Source: Eubacteriales bacterium (GTDB taxonomy: Bacteria > Bacillota > Clostridia > Oscillospirales > CAG-272). From it: a stretch of DNA of 54,334 nucleotides. Numbering within the stretch: the first letter of the stretch is position 1; each line of letters opens with the position of its first letter. The translations under genes and the position numbers were made by a program. The notes under the pieces were generated by a model. It had not been told where the DNA came from. It searched no databases and saw nothing but the letters and a program-made list of their open reading frames with translations. Shown piece after piece: positions 1 through 8,185 of the stretch. The stretch spans positions 1 to 54,334 of the forward strand of contig JBJDZN010000078.1 of assembly GCA_051868045.1 (NCBI GenBank). Direction: 5' to 3'.

Positions 1-692
1 CTGCATCAAAGGGAGAGAGCGTTGCCGATACCGTGCGGATGGTGGGATGCTACGCCGACATCATTGCGATGCGTCACCCAAAAGAGGGCGCACCCCGGGT
101 TGCCATGATGAAGTCCACGGTGCCGATCATCAATGCGGGAGACGGCGGACACAATCATCCTACCCAGACCCTGACCGACCTTCTGACCATTGCCCGTGAA
201 AAGGGTCATTTTGACAATCTGACGCTGGGTCTGTGCGGCGACCTGAAGTTCGGACGGACCGTTCACTCCCTTCTTTGCGCCATGTCCCGCTATCCGAACG
301 TGAAATTCGTGCTGATTTCGCCGCCCGAACTGAGAATTCCCGAATATCTGGTGGAGGACGTGCTGAAAAAGAAGAACATCCCCTATGTGGAGACCCCTAA
401 ACTGGAGGAGGCAATGCCCGAACTGGACATCCTGTACATGACCAGAGTCCAGAGGGAACGCTTCTTCAACGAGGCGGACTACATCCGCCTGAAGGACAGC
501 TACATTCTGACCCCCCAGAAGCTGACAACGGCAAAGTCGGATCTGATTATCATGCACCCCCTGCCCCGTGTCAATGAGATTTCGGTTGCGGTGGATGACG
601 ATCCCAGAGCCTGCTATTTCAGACAGGCTCTCAACGGAAAATACATCCGCATGGCACTGATTCTCAAGCTTCTCGGCATCAGCGTCGGTTAA
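1..692 (+). CDS. pyrB: Aspartate carbamoyltransferase catalytic subunit (5' end lies outside the window)
   Basis: The frame is open to the window edge (codon phase from nt 3: [25 protein letters not shown]). It carries the HPTQ motif ([16 protein letters not shown]) and the C-terminal [10 protein letters not shown] motif. pyrI follows 24 nt downstream. Confidence 0.95.
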   Translation, partial: ASKGESVADTVRMVGCYADIIAMRHPKEGAPRVAMMKSTVPIINAGDGGHNHPTQTLTDLLTIAREKGHFDNLTLGLCGDLKFGRTVHSLLCAMSRYPNVKFVLISPPELRIPEYLVEDVLKKKNIPYVETPKLEEAMPELDILYMTRVQRERFFNEADYIRLKDSYILTPQKLTTAKSDLIIMHPLPRVNEISVAVDDDPRACYFRQALNGKYIRMALILKLLGISVG

Positions 693-716
693 GGATAAAA
701 GTTAAGGAGGTTTACC

Positions 717-1148
717 ATGATCATTAATCCTATGCAGAACGGAATCGTTCTGGACCATATTACGGCAGGCAACGGAATGCGGGTTTATGATGTTCTGGGG
801 CTTGGAAAGCTCAATTGCACCGTCGCCATGATCAATAACGCCACCAGTGTCAAAATGGGGAAGAAGGACATCCTGAAAATTTACTCCATTATTGACATCA
901 ATTTCGACGTTCTGGGTTATATTGATCCGGGAATCACGGTCAGCGTCGTAGAGCGGGGCAATGTGGTCAAGCGGATTCATTTGCAGCTTCCCGAAACCAT
1001 CGAAGGCGTTATTCGCTGTCATAATCCCCGTTGCATCACCTCGGTGGAACAGGAACTTCCTCAGATTTTCAAGCTCACTGACAGAAAAAAGAAAACCTAT
1101 CGCTGTCTCTACTGCGAAATGAGTGCAAAAAAGTCGGAAAACGAATAA
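717..1148 (+). CDS. pyrI: Aspartate carbamoyltransferase regulatory subunit
   Basis: 143 aa with RBS AAGGAGG at 704-710. N-terminal MQNGIVLDHI allosteric domain and a C-terminal four-Cys zinc domain (CHNPRC...YRCLYC). Confidence 0.93.
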   Translation: MIINPMQNGIVLDHITAGNGMRVYDVLGLGKLNCTVAMINNATSVKMGKKDILKIYSIIDINFDVLGYIDPGITVSVVERGNVVKRIHLQLPETIEGVIRCHNPRCITSVEQELPQIFKLTDRKKKTYRCLYCEMSAKKSENE

Positions 1149-1183
1149 ATCCGGGCAACATTGTCACACGAAAACTGAAAATT

Positions 1184-1222
1184 CTCCCCTTCGCAAATCT
1201 GCGGAGGGGAGCGTTTATTTTT
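1184..1222. terminator. Intrinsic terminator between convergent pyrI and the 1221-2450 gene
   Basis: Hairpin CTCCCCTTCGC / GCGGAGGGGAG (one G-U pair) followed by TTTATTTTT. Confidence 0.75.
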
Positions 1223-2450
1223 ATGAAAAGAAGGCAAGAATCGGTTTGTAGAATAGGGGAAGATTCAAAAGGGAAAAGATCACAATCAGAATGCAGGCGA
1301 GAAGCAGTCTGTTCCTGGGTCGGGACACGGTGGGTTTGCCGTCTGCTCCCGTCTGCTGCGTTCCGTTCTCATCCTTAAGATAGGTTCTCAGATAGACGGA
1401 TCGGCGGTGCAGCTGATCTGCCCGATTCCGGAAGCCCTCCGGGTCAGAGGCAGCGGAGGCTTCCTTTACCAAAGATCGCAGTGAGATGGGGAATTCAAGA
1501 GTCAGAGACCCGTCTTCGGCGATCCCCACCCGGTTCACATATTCCTTCAGGATTCCGGCATTCAGATGTCTTACCGTCCGTTTTTGCTTTGAGAAGCCAT
1601 GTCGGAGACCTATCCAACCGTGCAGGAAAATCAGACCGTGTATCAGTTGGAGATAGCGGTACAGAAGAATCAGAAAGAGAATGCTGTTGAGGATCAGATG
1701 CAGGGGAAAGGCGGACAGATATTCGGTGAAGGCAAAGGAATCAGAGAGGGTTGCCCCGAATGCGGATATTCCGCCGGACAGCAGGAGGGTTCCCGAAGCG
1801 CGGAAATGATTTTGGAACATCCACTGCCAGAGAACCGGAACCAGTCGGATCTGGTGACAGAACAGGATAAAGAGAAGGGTCAGGACTACGGTGGGAATCA
1901 GTCGGCAGAGAAGGGTGAAAAGGGGAGCGGCAGCCGATCGGAAGGCAAAAGGATCGCTGTCGCAAAGTTCCCCGATGTCCTTTTTCCTTTGGTTCAGATT
2001 CTGGTGCCAACGATCCAGCGCAAGCCACTTGAGGGACTTCTTTTCGGGATCCGCCGTATCGAAGACCTCCTCCCGAAAACGACGGATGTCCTCCGGAGTC
2101 TGAAAGTCTTCTTTGAATTGGCTAATGATAAAGCCGATGGGCAGGGGAACCCCGTTGTAGCGGACAAAATAGCAGTCAAGGTTTGCCGATGTAATAAAAT
2201 CCCCGCCCCGTTCCACAGACTCGGTCAGGGTATTGCTGAAGGGGTCGTTGTGAAAAAGCTCCAGAAAGTCTCCGTAGTCCTCAGGCATCACGGGATTTGT
2301 CCGGATACACTTGAGCAGCCGGGTTCCCCGTTTGCAGCCATGGGCAGAGTAGAGGTCGATGTTCTCGGACAGCCAGGCATATGCCTGCTCCAGCGTCTCA
2401 TCTGTGACCGGTCTGCTGTCGTTCTTGATCTCGGGAAAAAAGTTTTGCAT
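1221..2450 (-). CDS. Hypothetical multi-pass membrane protein with a soluble N-terminal domain (possibly SUKH/SMI1-KNR4-like)
   Basis: 409 aa. The first ~170 aa are soluble and include ...MPEDYGDFLELFHND..., reminiscent of SUKH domains. Hydrophobic segments follow (PLFTLLCRLIPTVVLTLLFILF, LHLILNSILFLILLY) and there is a C-terminal TM (LLLACILIVIFSLLNL). It starts 14 nt after the stop of the upstream gene. Family assignment is weak. Confidence 0.7.
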   Translation of the reverse strand: MQNFFPEIKNDSRPVTDETLEQAYAWLSENIDLYSAHGCKRGTRLLKCIRTNPVMPEDYGDFLELFHNDPFSNTLTESVERGGDFITSANLDCYFVRYNGVPLPIGFIISQFKEDFQTPEDIRRFREEVFDTADPEKKSLKWLALDRWHQNLNQRKKDIGELCDSDPFAFRSAAAPLFTLLCRLIPTVVLTLLFILFCHQIRLVPVLWQWMFQNHFRASGTLLLSGGISAFGATLSDSFAFTEYLSAFPLHLILNSILFLILLYRYLQLIHGLIFLHGWIGLRHGFSKQKRTVRHLNAGILKEYVNRVGIAEDGSLTLEFPISLRSLVKEASAASDPEGFRNRADQLHRRSVYLRTYLKDENGTQQTGADGKPTVSRPRNRLLLACILIVIFSLLNLPLFYKPILAFFS

Positions 2451-2464
2451 GGCTTTCTCCTGTT

Positions 2465-2875
2465 TTACGGTTCCTGATGGGAATTTTGAGGATCCGCCCC
2501 GAATTTTGTCACATCATCGGCAAACAGCTTTCCCGGCACCAAAGGTTTCCCGTCGGGAACCAGCGCATACAATCCTTCCCTCAATGTGCAAACGGAAAAT
2601 CCCTTTTCCAGCAGGGCGACGATTTCGGGATGCTCCCTGAGGCTAACCTTACCCTTTTTGTTCATCCGGGCGGTTTTCGCCGATCCGAACAGAAGAAGGG
2701 CAAATTCCTTCGCCTGCCGTGCAGGCAGGGAATCAATCTTCTGAGCGCACTCATTCAGAATGGCATCCGAAAACAAATAGACAATGTCATCCTGAATCAG
2801 GACGGTGGACATCAGATTGGGGAATGCTCCTGCACCGTCGGGCAGACAGAAATTTTTATGCTTAAGTTGGGTCAT
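2465..2875 (-). CDS. Hypothetical protein (136 aa), first gene of a two-gene operon
   Basis: I chose the ATG at 2875 (MTQLKHKNF...) with GGAAAGGA upstream. The longer ORF-track start at 2932 has no RBS. No recognisable motif. Confidence 0.6.
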   Translation of the reverse strand: MTQLKHKNFCLPDGAGAFPNLMSTVLIQDDIVYLFSDAILNECAQKIDSLPARQAKEFALLLFGSAKTARMNKKGKVSLREHPEIVALLEKGFSVCTLREGLYALVPDGKPLVPGKLFADDVTKFGADPQNSHQEP

Positions 2876-3004
2876 GTGGTACACATCCTTTCCCATTATC
2901 CTTATTTTAGCATATATGGTGAAAAAATGCAAGGGTTTCTTGCGAATTTTTCAGACTCCCGACGGCAAAATAGCAAAAGACGTTTGTAAATTTTTTCAAA
3001 TCAC

Positions 3005-3033
3005 TGGACAAACGATTCGGAATGTGATATACT
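3005..3033 (+). promoter_or_regulatory. Sigma-A-type promoter for the aldo/keto reductase gene
   Basis: TGGACA (3005-3010), 17-nt spacer, TATACT (3028-3033). Confidence 0.6.
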
Positions 3034-3077
3034 ACATCTGATTATTGATTTTCTTAAAATGAAAAGAGGGATTTACT

Positions 3078-3995
3078 ATGAAACAGATTCAAATGGGCGG
3101 AATCATACCCGCATCGGCGATTTCGCTGGGCTGTATGCGGATGGCAGGTCTGGATGCCGATGGCGTTGAACGGATCATGTCCTGCGCTCTGGAAAACGGC
3201 ATCAACTATTTTGATCATGCCGACATTTACGGAGGCGGCAGATCGGAGGAACTGTTCGGCGATTATCTGAAAAACCACCCCGATCTTCGGGACAAAATTA
3301 CCCTTCAGACCAAGTGCGGCATCCGTCCCGATCGGTACGACTTTTCCAAGGAGCATATCCTTGAGGCGGTGGACGGATCCCTGAAACGGCTGAAGACCGA
3401 TCATGTGGACGTCCTTCTCCTGCACCGTCCCGACACTTTGATGGAGCCGTCGGAGGTGGCAGAGGCGTTCAATCTCCTGCAAAGCTCGGGAAAGGTCCGC
3501 TATTTCGGCGTGTCCAACCACAATCCCTATCAGATGGAGCTGCTGAAGACTGCGGTCAGACAGCCCCTGATCGCCAATCAGCTTCAGTATTCGGTCACCG
3601 AGTGTGGAATGGTGACTTCGGGCATGAACGTAAACATGAAAAATTCCGAATCGGTTATGCACGACGGCGGTCTGCTGGAATACTGCCGCCTGAAGAACGT
3701 CACCATCCAGACCTGGTCTCCCTTCCAGTTCGGCTTCTTTGAGGGCGTGTTCGTGGGAAATCGGGAAAAATTCCCCAAACTCAACGAAAAGCTGGATGAA
3801 CTTGCCGAAAAGTACGGCGTGTCCCCCACTGCCATCGCCACAGCCTGGATTCTGCGCCATCCTGCCGGAATGCAGGTCATTGCGGGAACCATGAACCCTG
3901 CTCATCTTCGGGACATTTGCTCGGCATCGGAGATTACATTGAGCCGTGAGGAGTGGTATCAGATCTATCTGGCGGCAGGTCATTGTCTCCCGTAA
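3078..3995 (+). CDS. Aldo/keto reductase family oxidoreductase
   Basis: 305 aa with RBS AAGAGGG upstream. Motifs GINYFDHADIYGGGRSEE, HVDVLLLHRPD and VRYFGVSNH are typical of the AKR superfamily. Confidence 0.88.
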   Translation: MKQIQMGGIIPASAISLGCMRMAGLDADGVERIMSCALENGINYFDHADIYGGGRSEELFGDYLKNHPDLRDKITLQTKCGIRPDRYDFSKEHILEAVDGSLKRLKTDHVDVLLLHRPDTLMEPSEVAEAFNLLQSSGKVRYFGVSNHNPYQMELLKTAVRQPLIANQLQYSVTECGMVTSGMNVNMKNSESVMHDGGLLEYCRLKNVTIQTWSPFQFGFFEGVFVGNREKFPKLNEKLDELAEKYGVSPTAIATAWILRHPAGMQVIAGTMNPAHLRDICSASEITLSREEWYQIYLAAGHCLP

Positions 3996-4327
3996 GACAG
4001 AAATCATAAAAAATTTCGGAAATTTTTCGGATTTCGTGATTCTGTATTCACAATTGTCGTCTAAAATTAGGGATAAAGTTTGAAAAAAGTCTGATAGGGG
4101 TTCCGATGGAATTTCGCATTCTTCAGAGGAGGCAAAGACGATGCGTCCTTGACCGTCCCGTTTATGCGACTGCCGCCATGTTGGAAAAAGTGACGAAATC
4201 AGATATACACTTTTTGCAGCCCCTTTCAGACATGAAGTTTATTGCCTTGGTTGTCGATTGGACCGCCACTCCGGCGATGCCGGAAACGAAATACCGGAAT
4301 GAAGAAGAAAATGGGTGTATTTGAGCA

Positions 4328-5737
4328 ATGGAAATGGAAGAGAAAAAAGCAACGGCAAAACAGGTCTTGAAAATCACCGGCATCGTGCTTGCGATTGCCG
4401 TTGTGGTAGGGATCTGCGTGTTTCTGATTCCCTATCTGTATCATTTTCAAAGCCTGAAAGGTGAGAAACTGGATGCGGCACTGGCATCTGCCGACGGTTC
4501 CCTCCGACGTCTGGGACCCCTTCGCTATCTGGCTATGTGCCTTCTCCAGATTCTCCAGATGATTCTGGCAATTATCCCGGGCGCACCGGTTGCCGTCATG
4601 ATGGGATTCATGTTCGGCTCTCTTGGCGGAACCGTTTTGACCATTCTGTCCACCGCAGCCGGGACGGCACTGATCGTCTGGTGCGTGGAACACTTCGGTT
4701 TGAAATTCGTCAACCGGTTCATCAATTCCAAGGGCTTTGAGAAGCTGACCTTCCTGCACAGTGCCTCAAAACGGGACACCATTCTGTTTCTGCTCTTCCT
4801 GATTCCGGGAACGCCCAAGGACCTGCTCACCTTTTTTGCCCCCTTTACCGGAGCAAAGTCCCGGAATATTGTCATCATGGCATCGCTGGCACGGATCCCA
4901 TCCATCTTTCTGATGGTCTATCTGGGTTCCTCCCTGTCTCAGGGCAATCTGGTGAAGGTAATCATCGTTATTACCATAGCGGCAGTTATCGGACTTGTCG
5001 GAATTCTCATCAAGGATAAGGTTCTGCCTGCCAGAAAGGAAAAGAAAATGCAAAATAAGAATACCGTCATCTTTGATTTGGATGGAACTCTGTTGGACAC
5101 CCTGAGTGATCTGACCGATGCCACCAATTTTGCTCTACGAGAGAACGGCTATCCCGAGAAGACCGAGGATCAGGTCCGGAACTACGTGGGCAACGGACTT
5201 CGGCTACTGATCGAGCGAGCCGTGCCGAAGGGGGAAAAGGATCCCAAATTGGAATCGACTCTGGAGAGCTTCAAAAGGTATTATGCCGTTCACTGCAATG
5301 ATAAAACCAAGGCATATGAGGGCATACCCCAACTGTTGACCGAACTGAGGGACGGGGGCTATAAGCTGGCAATCGTCTCCAATAAAGCTGATTTTGCCGT
5401 ACAGACCCTCAGAGAGCGTTATTTTTCGGATACCGTCCCCGTTGCCATCGGGGAATCGGCGAATGTCCGGAAAAAGCCTGCGCCGGACAGTGTGCTTGAG
5501 GCACTCAAACGACTGGACAGCACGCCCGAACAGGCGGTTTATGTGGGGGACAGCGATGTGGATATTCAGACGGCGAAAAATGCGGGAATGGACTGCATTT
5601 CGGTGACCTGGGGATTCCGTTCGGTGGGATTTCTGGTTGCCTCCGGTGCCACCTGCACCGTAAACCGTCCGGATGAGATCGGGAAGATTCTCCGGGGAAC
5701 CGAAGAAAAAGTCAAACCGGTCAGTGATCCGGGATAA
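4328..5737 (+). CDS. Fusion protein: TVP38/TMEM64 (DedA-related, VTT-domain) membrane protein fused to a HAD-superfamily phosphatase (phosphoglycolate phosphatase/PpaX-like)
   Basis: 469 aa in one uninterrupted frame. Residues 1-~235 are a multi-TM domain (LQMILAIIPGAPVAVMMGFMFG, FLLFLIPGTPKDLLTFFAP). Residues 241-469 carry HAD motifs: VIFDLDGTLLDT, IVSNK and YVGDSDVDIQTAKNAG. Confidence 0.85.
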   Translation: MEMEEKKATAKQVLKITGIVLAIAVVVGICVFLIPYLYHFQSLKGEKLDAALASADGSLRRLGPLRYLAMCLLQILQMILAIIPGAPVAVMMGFMFGSLGGTVLTILSTAAGTALIVWCVEHFGLKFVNRFINSKGFEKLTFLHSASKRDTILFLLFLIPGTPKDLLTFFAPFTGAKSRNIVIMASLARIPSIFLMVYLGSSLSQGNLVKVIIVITIAAVIGLVGILIKDKVLPARKEKKMQNKNTVIFDLDGTLLDTLSDLTDATNFALRENGYPEKTEDQVRNYVGNGLRLLIERAVPKGEKDPKLESTLESFKRYYAVHCNDKTKAYEGIPQLLTELRDGGYKLAIVSNKADFAVQTLRERYFSDTVPVAIGESANVRKKPAPDSVLEALKRLDSTPEQAVYVGDSDVDIQTAKNAGMDCISVTWGFRSVGFLVASGATCTVNRPDEIGKILRGTEEKVKPVSDPG

Positions 5738-5741
5738 AAAC

Positions 5742-5790
5742 AGCAGACCGATGGGGAATGTTTCCCTTTCGGTCTGCTTTCTTGAGTTTT
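5742..5790. terminator. Intrinsic terminator between the convergent fusion gene and hprK
   Basis: Hairpin GCAGACCGAtGGGGA / TCCCttTCGGTCTGC followed by TTTCTTGAGTTTT. Confidence 0.75.
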
Positions 5791-5794
5791 GGGT

Positions 5795-6730
5795 TCAGCC
5801 TTCTCCGCCGCCGTAGGTTTCCATAAGACGCCTGTTGAACTCTTCTGCCGTGTTGTAGCCCATTTTTTTCTGACGGTGATTCATCGCCGCAATCTCCAGA
5901 ATGATCGCCAGGTTCCGACCGGGCTTTACGGGAATGGTCAGCTTGGGAACCTTGATACCCATAAGGTCCTCGTATTCGGTCTCCAATCCGAAGCGGTCGT
6001 AGTTCTTTTCGCTGTTCCAGGGTTCCAGCGCAACCACCAGGTCGATTTTTTCGGAAATCTTCACCGCACCCATACCGAAGATTCTGCGGACATCCACGAT
6101 TCCGATGCCTCTCAGTTCGATGTAGTGACGGATGATCTCGGGCGCACTGCCGACCAGCGATATTGCGGAGACCTTCTTGATTTCCACGGCATCGTCTGCG
6201 ATCAGTCGATGTCCGCGCTTGACAAGTTCGATTGCCGTTTCGCTTTTGCCGATGCCGCTGTCGCCCATAATCAGGACGCCTTCGCCGTAGACTTCAACGA
6301 AAACACCGTGACGGGTGATTCTGGGTGCCAGGGAGACGCTCAGATAGGCGATCAGGGCAGCCATGAATTCAGAGGTGGAGCGAGTGGTGCGCAGAACCGG
6401 AACATCGTATTCTTTTGCCAACTGGGGAGTCAGGCAGGGAAGATCCAGTCCCCGGGTGATAACGATGGCGGCGGGATGATGGGCAAGAAAATCCCGGATG
6501 TGGGCGGTCTGCTGATCGGGGGACAGACTGCCGAGATAGCGGTGTTCCACGTTGCCGATGATTTCGATGCGCCGGGGTTCAAACAGATCGAAGAATCCGG
6601 ACAGGCAGAGTCCGGGACGGTTGACCTCCATGCTGTCGATCATGACTTTCCTGCCCGTAGGCAAATAGAGAATCTGAAGTCCGAATTCATCAATTAACTC
6701 GGTGAGTTCAACGGAGTAAAGATCGTTCAT
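5795..6730 (-). CDS. hprK: HPr kinase/phosphorylase
   Basis: 311 aa with P-loop and family signature GDSGIGKSETAIELVKRGHRLIADD...ELRGIGI. Confidence 0.95.
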   Translation of the reverse strand: MNDLYSVELTELIDEFGLQILYLPTGRKVMIDSMEVNRPGLCLSGFFDLFEPRRIEIIGNVEHRYLGSLSPDQQTAHIRDFLAHHPAAIVITRGLDLPCLTPQLAKEYDVPVLRTTRSTSEFMAALIAYLSVSLAPRITRHGVFVEVYGEGVLIMGDSGIGKSETAIELVKRGHRLIADDAVEIKKVSAISLVGSAPEIIRHYIELRGIGIVDVRRIFGMGAVKISEKIDLVVALEPWNSEKNYDRFGLETEYEDLMGIKVPKLTIPVKPGRNLAIILEIAAMNHRQKKMGYNTAEEFNRRLMETYGGGEG

Positions 6731-6789
6731 AAACAGGGTCCTCTCTTTCGTTTTTATACTTATCTGGGCAGGGACTGCCTCTTTTCTCT

Positions 6790-6818
6790 ATCATAAACTT
6801 TTTTTATCCATTTGTCAA
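6790..6818 (-). promoter_or_regulatory. Sigma-A promoter for hprK
   Basis: On the minus strand: TTGACA (6818-6813), 17-nt spacer, TATGAT (6795-6790). Confidence 0.65.
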
Positions 6819-6847
6819 GATTTGGATAAAAAAATTTCATTTTGGTC

Positions 6848-6876
6848 TTGACATTCTTTGGATTTTGTGTTATACT
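6848..6876 (+). promoter_or_regulatory. Sigma-A promoter for the tRNA gene
   Basis: TTGACA (6848-6853), 17-nt spacer ending TGT, TATACT (6871-6876). Confidence 0.7.
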
Positions 6877-6908
6877 ACTAATGCTTGCGGGCTATCGTGC
6901 TTTTACGG

Positions 6909-6985
6909 GGGCCATTAGCTCAGTTGGTCAGAGCTACCGGCTCATAACCGGTTGGTCCGGGGTTCGAGTCCCTGATGGCCCACCA
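6909..6985 (+). tRNA. tRNA with anticodon CAT (elongator Met, or Ile2 if lysidine-modified), encoded CCA end
   Basis: A hand-folded cloverleaf fits. Acceptor stem GGGCCAT/ATGGCCC, D arm GCTC-AGTTGGTCA-GAGC, anticodon arm ACCGG-CTCATAA-CCGGT, T arm CGGGG-TTCGAGT-CCCTG, discriminator A plus CCA. Confidence 0.9.
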
Positions 6986-7152
6986 GCGGCAAACTGCCGC
7001 CACTTATATACGTATAATGGAAAATTCAGACATATTTTACAGGGCTTTTCGATTGCAGAGATTTGGCTTTATGTCTGATGTCCTGCCGAAAAGTTGCCTT
7101 ATCGGTTTGTTGCCCGCAAAGACGTATTATTATTCAGGGGGAAAAAGTATTT

Positions 7153-7587
7153 ATGGAAACCTTAATCATTACTATCGTCGGCGTTCTGCTGATTCTCGTG
7201 TCGATTTTCCTGATTTTTGCCGTGCTGATGCAGAGTGCAAAGAATTCCCGTATGTCCGGCGTTGTGTCCGGCGGCGGAGCTGAGACCTTCTTCGGCAAGT
7301 ACAAGGGAAAGACCATCGACAAGAAACTGAACAAACTGACGATTATTGTCTCTATTATCTTTGCGGCTGTTGTGATCGCACTCTACATCATCCAGCCCGG
7401 TGAAGGTAAGGTCGACTACGGCAATCCCAACGATATCTTCGACTCGGTGCAGGTTACCACTACCGCTTCTGCTGATACCACGGAAGAGGCAGGAGCTGTA
7501 ACGACCGATGCGGATGCAGCTTCCGATGATTCGGATGTTGCTGCCGATGATGCGGAAAACACTGATGTGACGGAAGCCGAGAGCTGA
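7153..7587 (+). CDS. secG: Preprotein translocase subunit SecG with a long acidic C-terminal tail
   Basis: ATG at 7153 follows GGGGGA. METLIITIVGVLLILVSIFLIFAVLMQSAKNSRMSGVVSGGG...KLTIIVSIIFAAVVIALYII is the two-TM SecG fold. About 55 extra residues are rich in D/A/T/E. The ORF-track start at 7063 was rejected. Confidence 0.85.
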   Translation: METLIITIVGVLLILVSIFLIFAVLMQSAKNSRMSGVVSGGGAETFFGKYKGKTIDKKLNKLTIIVSIIFAAVVIALYIIQPGEGKVDYGNPNDIFDSVQVTTTASADTTEEAGAVTTDADAASDDSDVAADDAENTDVTEAES

Positions 7588-7610
7588 TTAGACGCAATCA
7601 AGATGAATTG

Positions 7611-7652
7611 AAATTCGGAATGGCATAGTCGCCATTCCGAATTCTTTTTTTC
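7611..7652 (+). terminator. Intrinsic terminator after secG
   Basis: AAATTCGGAATGGC / GCCATTCCGAATT hairpin followed by CTTTTTTT. Confidence 0.85.
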
Positions 7653-7671
7653 TCAGTTTGTCAATAAATCC

Positions 7672-7700
7672 TTGACAAAACGGCAGTTGTGTGGTAGAAT
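7672..7700 (+). promoter_or_regulatory. Sigma-A promoter for mrnC-glcK
   Basis: TTGACA (7672-7677), 17-nt spacer ending TGG, TAGAAT (7695-7700). Confidence 0.7.
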
Positions 7701-7771
7701 AAAGAAAACTCCGTCGAAAGACGATTTCCTTCGGCGGAAGACGGTAAGACTTCCGAAAAGGGGCTTTTTCC

Positions 7772-8158
7772 ATGGATGTATTGCAGATTCCATCTGCCGA
7801 TCTGGCGTATCTCGGCGACAGCGTCATGGAACTGCTGGTCAGAGAGTATCTGATCCGGCAGGGACATAGCGGAGCCGGCAGACTCAATGCGCTGGCAAAG
7901 GACTATGTGACGGCGATACGCCAGGCACAGGCGGCGGAACGGATCCTGCCTCATTTGAATGAGACCGAGGAGGGGGTATTCCGACGTGCCCGCAATCACG
8001 GAAAGCTGACTCCTCCGCCCAGCGCATCCATCGCCGAATACCGGAAGGCGACGGCATTGGAGGCTCTGTTTGCCTACCTCTATCTGATCGGAAATCAGGA
8101 GCGAATGCGGGAGCTGTTTGAAATCGGTTATCCAACGGAGTCTCTCCGGGAAGAATAG
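7772..8158 (+). CDS. mrnC: Mini-ribonuclease 3 (Mini-III)
   Basis: 128 aa with LAYLGDSVMELLVREYL (RNase III-like catalytic motif) and EYRKATALEALFAYLYL. Confidence 0.88.
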   Translation: MDVLQIPSADLAYLGDSVMELLVREYLIRQGHSGAGRLNALAKDYVTAIRQAQAAERILPHLNETEEGVFRRARNHGKLTPPPSASIAEYRKATALEALFAYLYLIGNQERMRELFEIGYPTESLREE

Positions 8159-8185
8159 AAAACAAGAAAGGTTTGGTACATAGTT

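Noticed and set aside
4096-4105. AGGGGTTCCG, which resembles the 5' conserved block of ykkC (guanidine-I/ppGpp/PRPP) riboswitches
   Set aside because: The other conserved ykkC blocks (GGUCCGAGAG, ACACGG, the GGGA...AAAAGCCCGGGAGA 3' domain) are absent downstream. The match is a short chance similarity.
6909-6985. Whether the CAT-anticodon tRNA is the initiator tRNA-fMet
   Set aside because: Position 1:72 is a normal G-C pair, and the anticodon stem lacks the three consecutive G-C pairs typical of initiators. It is therefore an elongator Met or a lysidine-modified Ile2 tRNA, which sequence alone cannot distinguish.
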